Source: a virus | Lineage: Duplodnaviria; Caudoviricetes | Length of the DNA stretch: 64,000 bases | Direction: 5' to 3' (one strand) | Virus record (IMG/VR): IMGVR_UViG_3300021399_000003 | Coordinates: 1 to 64,000 of that record | Shown: piece after piece, positions 20,704 to 31,629 of the stretch | Layout: each line of letters opens with the position of its first letter | Position numbering within the stretch: position 1 is the stretch's first letter | Position numbers and translations under genes: made by a program | The notes under the pieces: generated by a model | Databases searched by the model: none | Told to the model about the DNA's origin: nothing | What the model saw: only the letters and a program-made list of their open reading frames with translations

Positions 20704-22425
20704 ATGGCAAATATATTAATAGGAACCGAAGAATTTACTGATTATGGAAAACATGGTCAAGTGTATTTAGCAACGCATGACGGGAAAGGCAATCGCCTTT
20801 CCCCTATGCGCCGTTCATTCATTAGTTTCTCCTATGGTGGAAAATATATTGAAGATTTTAATTTATTGGTTGCCTATGGAGACAGACTAAATAAAAATGT
20901 TTATTCTGAATTTGAAGATTCTACAAGTGATTATGAAACATTGGATGGTCAATACTATTGGGGGACGCATATGTCCCCCAATGGTTTAGAGTTTTCTCTT
21001 GCTACTGATTATATGACTCAAAATGATATGGAAGCATTTAAAAGGTGGTTTAGACCGGGTGTTGAGCGCGAACTTATTTTAATGGAACACCCAAATCGTG
21101 CCATACTCGCGCGAGTCGCGGCACCGCCTTCTATTTCTATGATACCATATGAAGAGCCTACTGAAGTAGTTATTGGTGGAATTAAACGCACAACTTCTAC
21201 TACGGTTTATAAAGGGGAAATTATATTATCATTTGTTATGGATGAGCCTTATTGGTATGGAAAATTAAATCATATGCCATATAAGCTAGATTTAGAGACA
21301 ATGACTCAAAGTGATAGTGGTATTGAAACTAAAACAAATGATGACTGCATTAAAATTATATTAGAAGATAATGTTCCTTATATAGATGATATACATACTT
21401 CTACTTTTTTGGGTAATAATCAATTGGTTTATTATGAACCAAAAGTTGGTTCCGCAACTGTAGGGACAGCAGTTTTAGCAACTCTTACTACTGAAAGTGA
21501 AGGAATAAATAGTAATGATAATATACAATTATTTTACAGTGGAACTGCTCCTTCATATCCTACAATTAAATTTTCTATTGCTCCTATTTTAGCACAAGCA
21601 GGAAATGTTAATAAATATGAATTTGGTTTTGATAATGACGATTATCAAATAGGGGTTGCTGGTACTGATACTAATAACAATTCTATTCCTTCTACCACTA
21701 TAAAATCTACTTTTAGAATTACTGATGGAAATTTAGAACTAGCATCTAATTTAGCAACATCCTATATGTTAACTAAAGACGGCGAATTTGTTTCAGTTGG
21801 AAGTCCGCCTTACATTAAGAATCCTTTAAATAAAATTTTTCAAGATACCAATGAAAAAGAAGAATATTCTTATATAAAATTAACATATGATGAGAATGAA
21901 TTATTTACTTTTAAATTTACTACTCCTGCAATTTGGACGGGATATAATCAAGTTATCAAAATTATATATGAGTTTGGAGACACAGGTAGTGCACTAGATT
22001 TAAAAGAAAAAATAAATGAATTGGTTAGTGAACGTTATTCGCGCGCGTGGGCCAATTATATTATAGGCAATACAGAGGATGTAAAAAACGATGATGATAG
22101 TTTAAAAGCTGGTTATAAAGATATTTTATATAGAAGAATGATTGAATTTTTAGATAATTGCGCGCCAGCAACTTTCATCATTAACTCTAAAACTGGTGAG
22201 GCTACTGGTACATTTAGTGTAAAATATGCTGAAAAAGAAGATAATGAAAGTACTATTATAATTGAAGAAAATATTGGTGATATGATACGGTCTGATTACT
22301 TAATTATAGATTATAAGAATTTATTAGATGATAATGGACAATTAACAGATAATAATTGTATTAAAATAGAATCTAATGAATCATTAACTAATTTCTTAAT
22401 TTTATATCAGAATATGTATCTATAA
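20704..22425 (+). CDS. distal tail protein (Dit), probably with inserted domain
   Basis: Directly follows the TMP; FSYGG...DGQYYWGTH...F...DEPYWY Dit-like pattern; 573 aa is long for a plain Dit. Confidence 0.65.
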   Translation: MANILIGTEEFTDYGKHGQVYLATHDGKGNRLSPMRRSFISFSYGGKYIEDFNLLVAYGDRLNKNVYSEFEDSTSDYETLDGQYYWGTHMSPNGLEFSLATDYMTQNDMEAFKRWFRPGVERELILMEHPNRAILARVAAPPSISMIPYEEPTEVVIGGIKRTTSTTVYKGEIILSFVMDEPYWYGKLNHMPYKLDLETMTQSDSGIETKTNDDCIKIILEDNVPYIDDIHTSTFLGNNQLVYYEPKVGSATVGTAVLATLTTESEGINSNDNIQLFYSGTAPSYPTIKFSIAPILAQAGNVNKYEFGFDNDDYQIGVAGTDTNNNSIPSTTIKSTFRITDGNLELASNLATSYMLTKDGEFVSVGSPPYIKNPLNKIFQDTNEKEEYSYIKLTYDENELFTFKFTTPAIWTGYNQVIKIIYEFGDTGSALDLKEKINELVSERYSRAWANYIIGNTEDVKNDDDSLKAGYKDILYRRMIEFLDNCAPATFIINSKTGEATGTFSVKYAEKEDNESTIIIEENIGDMIRSDYLIIDYKNLLDDNGQLTDNNCIKIESNESLTNFLILYQNMYL

Positions 22426-22441
22426 AGGAGGAAGAGACTTT

Positions 22442-25400
22442 ATGATTAATAGCAAAAATCCTAGAAGTTATGAAGTCTCTATTTGGACGCTTCAAGATAG
22501 TTTTATTACTATCTTGAAGCAATCCAATTTAGAGCATAAAGGACAAATAGAAGAACCAAAAATATCATTAAAAGATGATAGTGAAGATACGTTTTCTTTT
22601 AAGATACCTATGTATATTAGGCGTAATGGACAGAAAATAGAAAATCCAATTTGGTATAATACTACTAATGGTAATCTTATGGCGAATTTGAGAAAATTAA
22701 AAGTTATTTTTAATAAGCAAACTGAATATGAAAAAGTATTGGAGTTTCTTATTACAAAAGTAACTGAAACTCATGAAGGTTATCAAACTTATTGTGAAAT
22801 AGAAAGTGAAGGATTAGCTTTTAATGAGTTGGGTAAGGTCGGTTATAAGATTGACTTATCAGAAGATTTATATAATATGGAATATAATGAATGGGCTGAT
22901 GCTTCTGAAGATATGAAAACTTATCTAGATAATCATAATATTATATATGAAGAGGGTAAAATTAAAGAAGCGTATGAAGCGGCTAAACCTATTAACAATA
23001 TTGATTATTGGCTAGATAAAGTATTTCCAAATAAAAATAAAGAAAGTTGGGATACAAATTGGAAATACGAGATTAAAATGGATTGGAGTGATTTTTCTGG
23101 CTATGAAGAAACAGAACCTACTTTATCTGCTGAAAAAATTTATGAAGATCCATATGTTGAAAATTGGAGGTCTGAAAATAATCAGTTTATTCCTAAAGCA
23201 CTTGTGCGCGCGAAAGAAAAGTGTCGTTTAGTAAGCGCTTCTCAAAGTAATAAATATAATATCACACAAACCATAGCGGAAACTTTTAATGTATTTTGCG
23301 AATATGTGTATGAATATGATGATAATTATCATATCATAGGGCGTACTGTTCGTTTTTTTAATAAAACATTAAAAGAAGCACCAATAGACTTTAATTATTA
23401 CTACGATACTGAAGATATTAGTAGAGAAATGGATAGCGCAGACCAAATCACTAAAATGATTGTGTTATCTAATAATTCTGATGCTGATAGTGTAAATAAT
23501 AGTATTACAGAGGTAGATGCTAATAAAAGTTTAGAAGATTATCTTTTAAATTTTGATTATTTACATACTATTGATGCTATTACAGAAGAACAGTATGAAG
23601 CGGTTGGGATTTTTGAAGCGGAGATGCGTAAATATAATGAGCAATTAAAGAGAATTAATAGCCAAATTACTATTTTAGAAGATAAACTTATAGAATATCA
23701 TGCTTTATTGGAAAATGCGCGAATTGCAAAAGCCGAAGATGAAAACCGTATTGAAGATGAAGGAACTTATATTAAGCATTTATTAAATTCTGACAAGTCA
23801 GATTATGATAATGATCCTAAAACTTTATCTACTACCTTTTTGAATCCTGATATACAAGTAGTACATACTACTGAAGAAAATGGGCGGTGCGTTGAATTTA
23901 AACAAGAGTGTGTTATCTATGAAATGAAAAAAGAACCAAAACACCCCATGTTTTGTTTTTACAATAAATCTGACTTAGAAAGCTGTGCTAATCAGATACA
24001 AGACACTCAAGAAAATTTAAGTCTAATACAACAAAATAATAAGTATTATGTAGTTGATCAAGTAAATGATGAAGGAAATCCTACAGATGACGCAATAATG
24101 GTAGAATATACTAAAAAAGCAATTCCAGATAATGCCACCGCAGAAGACAAAGCTTCTATTGAAAAAGAAAATAATGAAGCTATACAAGCAGCGAAAAATA
24201 CTGTTATGCATTCATGGACTATTAAAACTTTTAGTCAATATGAAATTGCCACTCAAAATTTAAGTTTAATAAAATCTGATACATTGAGAGGACAAACATA
24301 TTACTCAGGATTAACAGGTATTCCCGCAAAAGATAAAAATAATTACACTATTTATTATGCTTATCTTGTTTACAGTTATGAGCCTTATACCTATCACGCT
24401 ATTTTGCTGAATGATTTAAATAAAAAGAAAGATGAAGATCGGGCTAAAATAGATAAATATCAAAAAATAGTAGATAAGTTGCATGGTGCGCGTGAACAAA
24501 ATGATTTTGATGGAAAGTTTGCTACAAATGATCATGGCATATTACAAGAATTATATGATAAATATGATAAACTTTTAAAGAAAAAAGAAGAAGCAATTTT
24601 AAAGTTTGAACGATTAATGGGGCCAGCGCTACGTGAAGGTACCTGGCAACCAGAAGATGAATATGCTAAATATGGAGATAAAAGACAGGCCGCGATTAAT
24701 ATAAGATTAGATAATAGTGATGTGTGGGATAATGAATTATTTGACCATGAAGAAAAAAATTATTATGAAGAGGGGATAGGACAAGCTCCTGTTTATTATC
24801 CTTGTATTAAATTAAATAATACCATAATGAAATATTTAACAAATGAACATTTGATAGTATCTGAAGAAAATAACTTCGATATAGACTTTTTATCTAAAGA
24901 GGAAAAAGCTAAGATAAATGATGCTACTAACCCTCAAACAATTACTATTCCATTACATGAAATTGGTTTCTGCTGGGATGATGGTACAATTCCAGGTACT
25001 AAAAAGCTTATTGAAGATTATAATGATACTGTTACAGATGATAAAAAATTACCTGTTAATAATTTTCCTTACAGTTTAAATATAGGTTCAGAAGCGCAAT
25101 TATGTTTTATTCGTGAAAAGCAACAAGAAGATTCTACTTCTGAAACTGCAAGTGATGCTATACCAGTTTTAATGCTTACTGGAGCAGAATCATACATTGA
25201 AGTTAGTGATGGAGAGACTTTAATTGAAAAATTAGATAGTTTGCATGGTGTTATTGGACGTATAACAACTGAAGTTGTAGAAGAAAAGGTATCTACTGGA
25301 CAAGACTCTGATGAGACAATAAGTACTTTAGTTCGTGTTATTAATACTCCTGCATTGTCTATTGATTCTAATAGTTGGATAGAAAATTTAGATGATTATG

Positions 25401-27793
25401 AAATAGTCTATCCTCGCTATTCAATAGAAGGTTCTTATAAATTTAAAGATAACACAGACAATTACTCCTTAAAACTAACTGATGGTACCATTCTTTCTCC
25501 TTTTTTTGATTATGAGATTTATGGTAGGTTTCCTGAAGTAAACTTGGAAGATCCAAATAAAGAATTAAATATAGAAAAATTAAATACTGATTATACATAC
25601 TTTCTTACCATTAAACCAGAAACAATGTTTAAATATTACAGCCCTAGTTCTGGAACGACCCTAGGAACTTGGCCCGGCTTTAATTTTAATTATGAATTAT
25701 CTAATACTGGTCTTGCTATTTATTTAGATGCGCGAAAGGTTATGCGGGAAAATGCTTGGCCTAAAGTTACATATGAAATTACTCCAAAAATAGTTAAAAC
25801 TAATTTTATGATTAATGCATATGACAGAATGCATCAATTAATTCATATAAATGACCATGATTTAAAACTTGAAAATGTTATGGGTTATATATCTGGGTTA
25901 GAACTAGATTTAGATAAGCCTTGGGAAGATGGTATTGAAATTAAAAATTATAAAACAAAATTTGAAGATTTATTTTCTTCAATTGTGGCTTCAACCGCAC
26001 AAGTAGAAAAAAGCTCTAATGTTCTTGATGCTCTTGCTTCTACTATGTCAACAAGCGGTGTATTATCTCCAAGTAGTATACAAGAAACACTTCTTAATGG
26101 CGGCTTACAATTAGCATATAGCAATGTAAATAATGGCACCTTTTCTATGGATGAAAACGGTATTTTAGCGACTAATAGTAATGGCGCTGTTACGTATACT
26201 TCTGCTGGTATTTTTACTTCAACTGAAAAAGATGATAACGGACAATGGATTTGGAATACAGGCATTCTTCCTACCGGTATTAGTGCAAAGGCAATAACTT
26301 CTGGTCAAATTGATACTAATTTAGTTAGAATCTATAGTGGTTCTGATTTACGTTTGGTATTGAAAGAAGATGGATTATTTGCTTATAAATCTTGGTTAAG
26401 TGATACTAATCCTCCAACAGATGGCAGTGTATTGGTCGCGACCAATGGGTTAGACCCTGCACAGTATGTTGTTCATAATTCAGATGGATTGTTCTTAGTG
26501 GCTAAAAAGGGAGCAGAACCAGAATATCAGCAAATATCATATAGAAATAATTTACCAATTACTGTAAATGGAAAAGAATATATTTTGAATAAAGCTCCTA
26601 TATTTACTGAACGTGGTATATTTCAATATGATACTCTTAAACATGATTCACTTGAACAGAATGTTAATCGTGTAGAAATAAGTTGGGATGGTTTAAAATT
26701 ACGTAATTGGAATAATGACGTTACTTTTTATGCTGATCCAAATACTGGTGATTTAATTCTTAGTGGGACATTAATTGGAGATACCTCATATTTAACCGTG
26801 CCGGAAGGTATTTTAAATGCTATATATGACGCAGAACAAAATTCACCTGAAAATAATGGTGCGGGTGAAAATGAAGAAGATAATGAGACTTCTCAATTAT
26901 CACCTTTTGAAGAATATATAATTAACGCTATGAACGTAGATAATGAAAACGTGCGATATTTGCGTCCAAATGTTGCCGCGATTAAAATGGATAACTATAT
27001 TGATTATAAAGCAGGGTATAGCAGTAGTATTTTAAGTAATTATATAGGTTATAAATATGTACCTATTTTAAAAAATCTACAAAATGAGATTGTGAATTGG
27101 GATGATACAACTTTACCCGCGGTGGAAGATGAAGAAGATATGTTATTTAGAGTTTATAGATTAAATAATAGTATTGAGAGTGAAAATAAAACATATGAAG
27201 CGGGTACTACAATATGGTATGCTGGTAATGGTAATTGGGAAACACTAGAAAGTAGTGATATATATATTGGTACTGGTGGCTCTCTTAATGTTTTAGGCGG
27301 TAATATTACTATGGGTTCACGTAGTGAATTAAATTTATTATCAGGAAGTTCTTTTAAAGCAATTGCGGGAAATGAGGTTTTGATAGCCACAGCTACCGAT
27401 GAAAATGATATACCTGAAGGTAGTTATATTTGGATGCATAGTATAAATAATGGTACTGAGGAAACTCCTAATTATATTCAACAATTAGATATTAATACTA
27501 CTGGTAAATTAGTGGTTAATGGTGGTATAATTGATATTGATACTGATAATTTAAAAATTCACTCTAATGCCAGTGGTTCTGATCCTATATTTAAAGTAGT
27601 AAAAATAGATAATAATAAAGAAACTAGTTTATCATTTAATGAAGATGAAGGACTGTCAATTATAACTAGTGGTGATAGTGAAACTACGCCACGTTTTCTT
27701 TTGAATAATAATAACTTTACATTAGGAGATTTTTCTATTCAAGTGTTAACTGAAAATGATAGCACAAGCTTAAGTTTTATTTATAATATATGA
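22442..27793 (+). CDS. baseplate hub / Tal-like tail protein (1783 aa)
   Basis: Follows Dit; hub-type N-terminus (SNKYNITQTIAETF, ISREMDSADQITKMIV), coiled-coil insert, spike-like region (TGISAKAITSGQIDT). Confidence 0.7.
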   Translation: MINSKNPRSYEVSIWTLQDSFITILKQSNLEHKGQIEEPKISLKDDSEDTFSFKIPMYIRRNGQKIENPIWYNTTNGNLMANLRKLKVIFNKQTEYEKVLEFLITKVTETHEGYQTYCEIESEGLAFNELGKVGYKIDLSEDLYNMEYNEWADASEDMKTYLDNHNIIYEEGKIKEAYEAAKPINNIDYWLDKVFPNKNKESWDTNWKYEIKMDWSDFSGYEETEPTLSAEKIYEDPYVENWRSENNQFIPKALVRAKEKCRLVSASQSNKYNITQTIAETFNVFCEYVYEYDDNYHIIGRTVRFFNKTLKEAPIDFNYYYDTEDISREMDSADQITKMIVLSNNSDADSVNNSITEVDANKSLEDYLLNFDYLHTIDAITEEQYEAVGIFEAEMRKYNEQLKRINSQITILEDKLIEYHALLENARIAKAEDENRIEDEGTYIKHLLNSDKSDYDNDPKTLSTTFLNPDIQVVHTTEENGRCVEFKQECVIYEMKKEPKHPMFCFYNKSDLESCANQIQDTQENLSLIQQNNKYYVVDQVNDEGNPTDDAIMVEYTKKAIPDNATAEDKASIEKENNEAIQAAKNTVMHSWTIKTFSQYEIATQNLSLIKSDTLRGQTYYSGLTGIPAKDKNNYTIYYAYLVYSYEPYTYHAILLNDLNKKKDEDRAKIDKYQKIVDKLHGAREQNDFDGKFATNDHGILQELYDKYDKLLKKKEEAILKFERLMGPALREGTWQPEDEYAKYGDKRQAAINIRLDNSDVWDNELFDHEEKNYYEEGIGQAPVYYPCIKLNNTIMKYLTNEHLIVSEENNFDIDFLSKEEKAKINDATNPQTITIPLHEIGFCWDDGTIPGTKKLIEDYNDTVTDDKKLPVNNFPYSLNIGSEAQLCFIREKQQEDSTSETASDAIPVLMLTGAESYIEVSDGETLIEKLDSLHGVIGRITTEVVEEKVSTGQDSDETISTLVRVINTPALSIDSNSWIENLDDYEIVYPRYSIEGSYKFKDNTDNYSLKLTDGTILSPFFDYEIYGRFPEVNLEDPNKELNIEKLNTDYTYFLTIKPETMFKYYSPSSGTTLGTWPGFNFNYELSNTGLAIYLDARKVMRENAWPKVTYEITPKIVKTNFMINAYDRMHQLIHINDHDLKLENVMGYISGLELDLDKPWEDGIEIKNYKTKFEDLFSSIVASTAQVEKSSNVLDALASTMSTSGVLSPSSIQETLLNGGLQLAYSNVNNGTFSMDENGILATNSNGAVTYTSAGIFTSTEKDDNGQWIWNTGILPTGISAKAITSGQIDTNLVRIYSGSDLRLVLKEDGLFAYKSWLSDTNPPTDGSVLVATNGLDPAQYVVHNSDGLFLVAKKGAEPEYQQISYRNNLPITVNGKEYILNKAPIFTERGIFQYDTLKHDSLEQNVNRVEISWDGLKLRNWNNDVTFYADPNTGDLILSGTLIGDTSYLTVPEGILNAIYDAEQNSPENNGAGENEEDNETSQLSPFEEYIINAMNVDNENVRYLRPNVAAIKMDNYIDYKAGYSSSILSNYIGYKYVPILKNLQNEIVNWDDTTLPAVEDEEDMLFRVYRLNNSIESENKTYEAGTTIWYAGNGNWETLESSDIYIGTGGSLNVLGGNITMGSRSELNLLSGSSFKAIAGNEVLIATATDENDIPEGSYIWMHSINNGTEETPNYIQQLDINTTGKLVVNGGIIDIDTDNLKIHSNASGSDPIFKVVKIDNNKETSLSFNEDEGLSIITSGDSETTPRFLLNNNNFTLGDFSIQVLTENDSTSLSFIYNI

Positions 27794-27811
27794 GTAAAAG
27801 GAGGAAGGTCA

Positions 27812-29182
27812 ATGGCAACTTATGGTTTTAATAATTTAGTTGAATACAATTCTGAAGAAGGGGATCCAACTATTTTAAGGGCGGGAGATATTATTACTTA
27901 TCATGCTAGTTCATCAAATGCAATAGCACCCGATATTATTTTGCAAATTAAAGATACAAATGAAACTATTTTTTATGAAGATACTTTTGTTACTGGTTCT
28001 AATATAAATCAAGTATCTATACCCAATTATTTATTTGTTTCTTCTACTGTTCTTTCTCCAATAATATTTATAACTATTGATAATATTTCTAAAATATGTT
28101 GGTTTATTTTTGATAACCATATACTCATTGATGATTTTCGCGCTCATAGAGTAAATGAAGAAAAAATAGCTACTTCTAATGGAAATTATCTTTTTATTGA
28201 TCATTTTAAATGTACATTTAATAATGGTTATATACCTAGTGATTATAATCCTGATTCTGCTGAGGAACCGCCATCTGTAGGTATGAAAGTAACTAAATTA
28301 CATATATTAGAATTAGAACCTATAATAGAGGGGGAAGAAGATGAAGCAGAGCCTGTCCAATATATAGAAGATTTTAATATAATTGTGAGTGATGAAGGAT
28401 ATCAAGATTCAATACAAGGGGAATTATTATTTCCTACAGCAGTTAATTTCCCTAAAAATGCAGTATATTGGACTTTTTCTTTCTTAATAACACTTTATTA
28501 TAATAACTATTCTATGGCTGGAGAAACTACTTTGATAAATAAAAAAGTAAAAGTATTAGATAGTTTAATTCCTTTTCAGATTATAGGCGAAACACAAATA
28601 AATGATAATTTAACAGTGTATGGAGGTATTGCTATAGGTAAAACTAGTGATATAAAAACGATAGGACAGCCTGCATTTGAATGTGGGTATCCTGCTTATT
28701 TCAACGGTATAAAATTTGGATATTATGAAGGAGATATATATGAATTACCACTTTTATGTCAAGTTCCTGGCATTCTTACTGGCGGTAGAACAGTAATTAG
28801 ATTTGATCTTAATTTGGGACAACCTATTTTTGCAAATAATGTGGAATTATATTCAGCTGATAGTACATTAGTTATTCGCGGCGTTAATGGATATCTTACT
28901 GATTTTGACTATGATACTTATGGTGGAAAAATTGGCAGTAATAAGTTTATAACCTCCATAAATATTAAAGACAAAAAAACCGGAATTATTACTTTTGAAA
29001 TTCGTAAATCTAATAAAGGTGAGTTTTCTACAAATTTAAATAATACACCTCTTATGATTACTTCTGGTTATAAGGAAGGATTTATATTAAAAACAGCTAA
29101 TAATCCAACAGGTACTGGAATAGTAAACAATGGTGTTTATTATACTTTTTTTAAACCTTTATCTATTAAATTTTTAAAATAA
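27812..29182 (+). CDS. putative distal tail/receptor-binding protein
   Basis: 456 aa, beta-rich, last gene of the tail module; GGIAIGK motif; strong SD. Confidence 0.45.
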   Translation: MATYGFNNLVEYNSEEGDPTILRAGDIITYHASSSNAIAPDIILQIKDTNETIFYEDTFVTGSNINQVSIPNYLFVSSTVLSPIIFITIDNISKICWFIFDNHILIDDFRAHRVNEEKIATSNGNYLFIDHFKCTFNNGYIPSDYNPDSAEEPPSVGMKVTKLHILELEPIIEGEEDEAEPVQYIEDFNIIVSDEGYQDSIQGELLFPTAVNFPKNAVYWTFSFLITLYYNNYSMAGETTLINKKVKVLDSLIPFQIIGETQINDNLTVYGGIAIGKTSDIKTIGQPAFECGYPAYFNGIKFGYYEGDIYELPLLCQVPGILTGGRTVIRFDLNLGQPIFANNVELYSADSTLVIRGVNGYLTDFDYDTYGGKIGSNKFITSINIKDKKTGIITFEIRKSNKGEFSTNLNNTPLMITSGYKEGFILKTANNPTGTGIVNNGVYYTFFKPLSIKFLK

Positions 29183-29215
29183 AAAAAGCCCGGCATAAGC
29201 CGGGCTTTTTATTTT
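29176..29215. terminator. bidirectional intrinsic terminator between convergent modules
   Basis: AAAAAAAGCCCGGC-ATAA-GCCGGGCTTTTT between stops at 29182 (+) and 29214 (-). Confidence 0.9.
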
Positions 29216-29597
29216 ATTCCTCAATAAAATTCTCCAATCCTAAAACTTGTGCTGGAGTTAATTCAATCTCTCCGAAATCAGCAATATTAATCTTATCACA
29301 ATTAATTTCAATCGTGGTATTAAGTAAATCAATTATTTCTCGGTTACAATTATTAACCTCTTCTGGCTTAATAATTATGTTGCCATTTTCATCTTGCTTT
29401 AATGCTCCATTTTCATCATATTCGCCATAAGTTTCAATGATCTTTCGGCGCGATTCATCAAATGTAGAACTTTCTTTATCTAATTCTCGTATTAATCGCG
29501 CAATGCGAAATGCAGTTTTTACTGGCACTGCTTTGTTACTAATTTCACGAAAAATTTCTAAATTATTTAAAATGTCATTCAGTGTGACAGTAATCAT
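29214..29597 (-). CDS. DUF1617-like phage protein
   Basis: 127 aa; PVKTAFRIAR...RRKIIETYG.DENG...DENGN pattern. Confidence 0.55.
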   Translation of the reverse strand: MITVTLNDILNNLEIFREISNKAVPVKTAFRIARLIRELDKESSTFDESRRKIIETYGEYDENGALKQDENGNIIIKPEEVNNCNREIIDLLNTTIEINCDKINIADFGEIELTPAQVLGLENFIEE

Positions 29598-30337
29598 ATA
29601 TCTTCACCCCAAGTGGAATTCTTATTCTTTAATATATTACAAAAATATTTACCAATACAGATGGCATCAGCTTCATCTTGTGTACATTTTTGTTTATACC
29701 ATAATTCAACTTTATCTTGTGCTTGTTTCTTTTTATTTTCACGCCCTTTACCGTCACCAACGCCACAATATTTGCGCCATTCACTTGAATAACATAAGGC
29801 ATGGTCAATACATTTTTCAAATAATGTATCTACCAACACGCCTTGTAGATTAGCAAGTATACGATACATTTCAACCTGATATTTTCCATTGCTTCCAAAA
29901 GATTGTAATTGAATATTCTCAATACCTACAAAATCAGGTTCCCATTCTTCTAGCGCTGCTTCAAGCCAATGTTTTACTTCATTTATACGCTCTGTTGCTT
30001 CTTTATTTTCATCAGCGTGGTAGGTTCCATAACTTACTAGGACTCCATCATCATAAATAGAATATCCGGTAATTTTAGTGGCGGCATCAAGCGCCAAAAT
30101 TCTTTGCGTGTCAATCGTTTTGATTGGCACTTTATTTTTTTTGACTTTATAAGGGTCACCAGCAAGACACTGTTCACATATTGGATGTTTTCTCCATTGC
30201 CCATAACTTATAAATTGTGTATGACCTTCTGGACACCTCATTTCTAATTCTGTATTTAAGTTTTTATATGAAGTACTAATCAGTTTCCAACCTTCTTCTT
30301 CAAGATGGTTAGAAACTGAATAGACATTGATTGCCAT
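29594..30337 (-). CDS. ruvC: RuvC-like Holliday junction resolvase with N-terminal Zn-binding module
   Basis: ILALDAATKITGYS, VGIENIQ and QDEADAICIG catalytic motifs; N-terminal CPEGH...CEQC. Confidence 0.8.
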   Translation of the reverse strand: MAINVYSVSNHLEEEGWKLISTSYKNLNTELEMRCPEGHTQFISYGQWRKHPICEQCLAGDPYKVKKNKVPIKTIDTQRILALDAATKITGYSIYDDGVLVSYGTYHADENKEATERINEVKHWLEAALEEWEPDFVGIENIQLQSFGSNGKYQVEMYRILANLQGVLVDTLFEKCIDHALCYSSEWRKYCGVGDGKGRENKKKQAQDKVELWYKQKCTQDEADAICIGKYFCNILKNKNSTWGEDI

Positions 30338-30340
30338 AGA

Positions 30341-31150
30341 TTACTTACCGGTAGAACCAAATCCGCCTTCTCCACGTTCACTTGCGGGTAGAATATCAAC
30401 TACATCAGCTTTGAACTTATAAGAAGGCATAACGAGCATTTGTGCTACACGGTCTCCAGCTTTAATTTCATAATCAGAATCAGAAAGATTGTCATATAAA
30501 ACGCCAAGTTGGCCACGATATTCACTATCAATAATACCAACACTATTTGATAGACGATTCTGCGTCTTGGCTCCAATACTAGAGCGTGGGAAAATCATTG
30601 CCATCCAGCCTTCTGGAAGAGCAATATGAACACCAGTCTTAACCATATTACTAAAACTATGTGCAGGTAGCGTTATATTTTCTGCCGCGTATAAATCTGC
30701 GCAAGCATCGGTTTCATGCGCATAAGTGGGAACAGTCGCGCCCTCATCTAGCTTAATTGGAAGAACGATATTGTAATTATGATAACGTTCTAATGCGGCA
30801 TCAAAAATATTATAGAAAATTGAAAAAATTTCATCAAATAAACGGCGCTTGTTTGCCGAAGGCTTTAGCTCATTAATTGCTTCATCAATTGCTAATTTAG
30901 AGGCTTCTACATTTTCGCGCGCGGCAGCTCTAGAAAGATTTTCATCTTCAAAATTTTTGACCATTTCATTTACTGATTCATTGCGAATTTTATCTGTAAA
31001 AGCACCAGTTATCATACCAGCTATAATATCAATATTTTCTTCGGTAAGATTTTCTTCTGGGATACCCATTATTTGTTCAATAACATCCATAAGTGGTTGT
31101 AAATTTGTATCACTTGAAATAATATCAGCAAAATTATTTTCCATAATCAT
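30341..31150 (-). CDS. dut: trimeric dUTPase with ~125-aa N-terminal extension
   Basis: Five motifs: ACADL, PRSSIG, GIIDSEYRG, GDRVAQ, RGEGGFGSTG. Confidence 0.93.
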   Translation of the reverse strand: MIMENNFADIISSDTNLQPLMDVIEQIMGIPEENLTEENIDIIAGMITGAFTDKIRNESVNEMVKNFEDENLSRAAARENVEASKLAIDEAINELKPSANKRRLFDEIFSIFYNIFDAALERYHNYNIVLPIKLDEGATVPTYAHETDACADLYAAENITLPAHSFSNMVKTGVHIALPEGWMAMIFPRSSIGAKTQNRLSNSVGIIDSEYRGQLGVLYDNLSDSDYEIKAGDRVAQMLVMPSYKFKADVVDILPASERGEGGFGSTGK

Positions 31151-31157
31151 TATCTCC

Positions 31158-31388
31158 TTATTCTGTAAAAGTTCTCTCTACTGTTACGATAGCCCAACTA
31201 TCAATAATTTCACCCTTGGACTTCTTATTCTTTAGAACATAGCCTGACTTGGTTAGAGAGTAACCTTCTGTATTTTGATTATTCTTGTATTCTTCAATTA
31301 GGCGAACAGCCTCTTCTTCATCTTCAACACGAAAAGTATCAACAGTCTTCAGTAGCATCTTCATAATTTTCATTCTCCTTTTTTTCAT
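31158..31388 (-). CDS. hypothetical protein
   Basis: In-operon ORF; likely start at 31364 after AAAGGAG. Confidence 0.6.
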   Translation of the reverse strand: MKKRRMKIMKMLLKTVDTFRVEDEEEAVRLIEEYKNNQNTEGYSLTKSGYVLKNKKSKGEIIDSWAIVTVERTFTE

Positions 31389-31629
31389 TTAGTTCTCGTA
31401 GTTGTTCAATCAGATTTATATAGTTAAGCTTTTTAGCTGTTTCTGATATAGTGCCCATTTTCGCGCGACCAGACTTACCAAGTTTCTTTGCGAAGGCTCT
31501 GCGCTGGGCACGATTGTGGAATTGTAATTCTTGTGATTTGTTTTCAATAGCGGCCGTTGTTTCGGCTTCAATTGACTCTAGGTTATCATGCTCTGTAGTT
31601 AAGCCAGTAACAAAAGCTTCTTCACTCAT
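31339..31629 (-). CDS. hypothetical protein (NRAQRR motif)
   Basis: 96 aa, SD GGAGG, coupled to neighbours. Confidence 0.6.
   Translation of the reverse strand: MSEEAFVTGLTTEHDNLESIEAETTAAIENKSQELQFHNRAQRRAFAKKLGKSGRAKMGTISETAKKLNYINLIEQLRELNEKKENENYEDATEDC

Noticed and set aside
6822-27390. Short - strand and alternate-frame ORFs within the TMP and Tal genes
   Set aside because: Shadows of long coding frames; no SD or promoter support.
27812-29182. Diversity-generating retroelement target in the last tail gene
   Set aside because: No reverse transcriptase and no template/variable repeat pair seen in the window.
29183-29600. Lysis cassette after the tail genes
   Set aside because: No holin or endolysin is recognisable here; presumably located outside the window.
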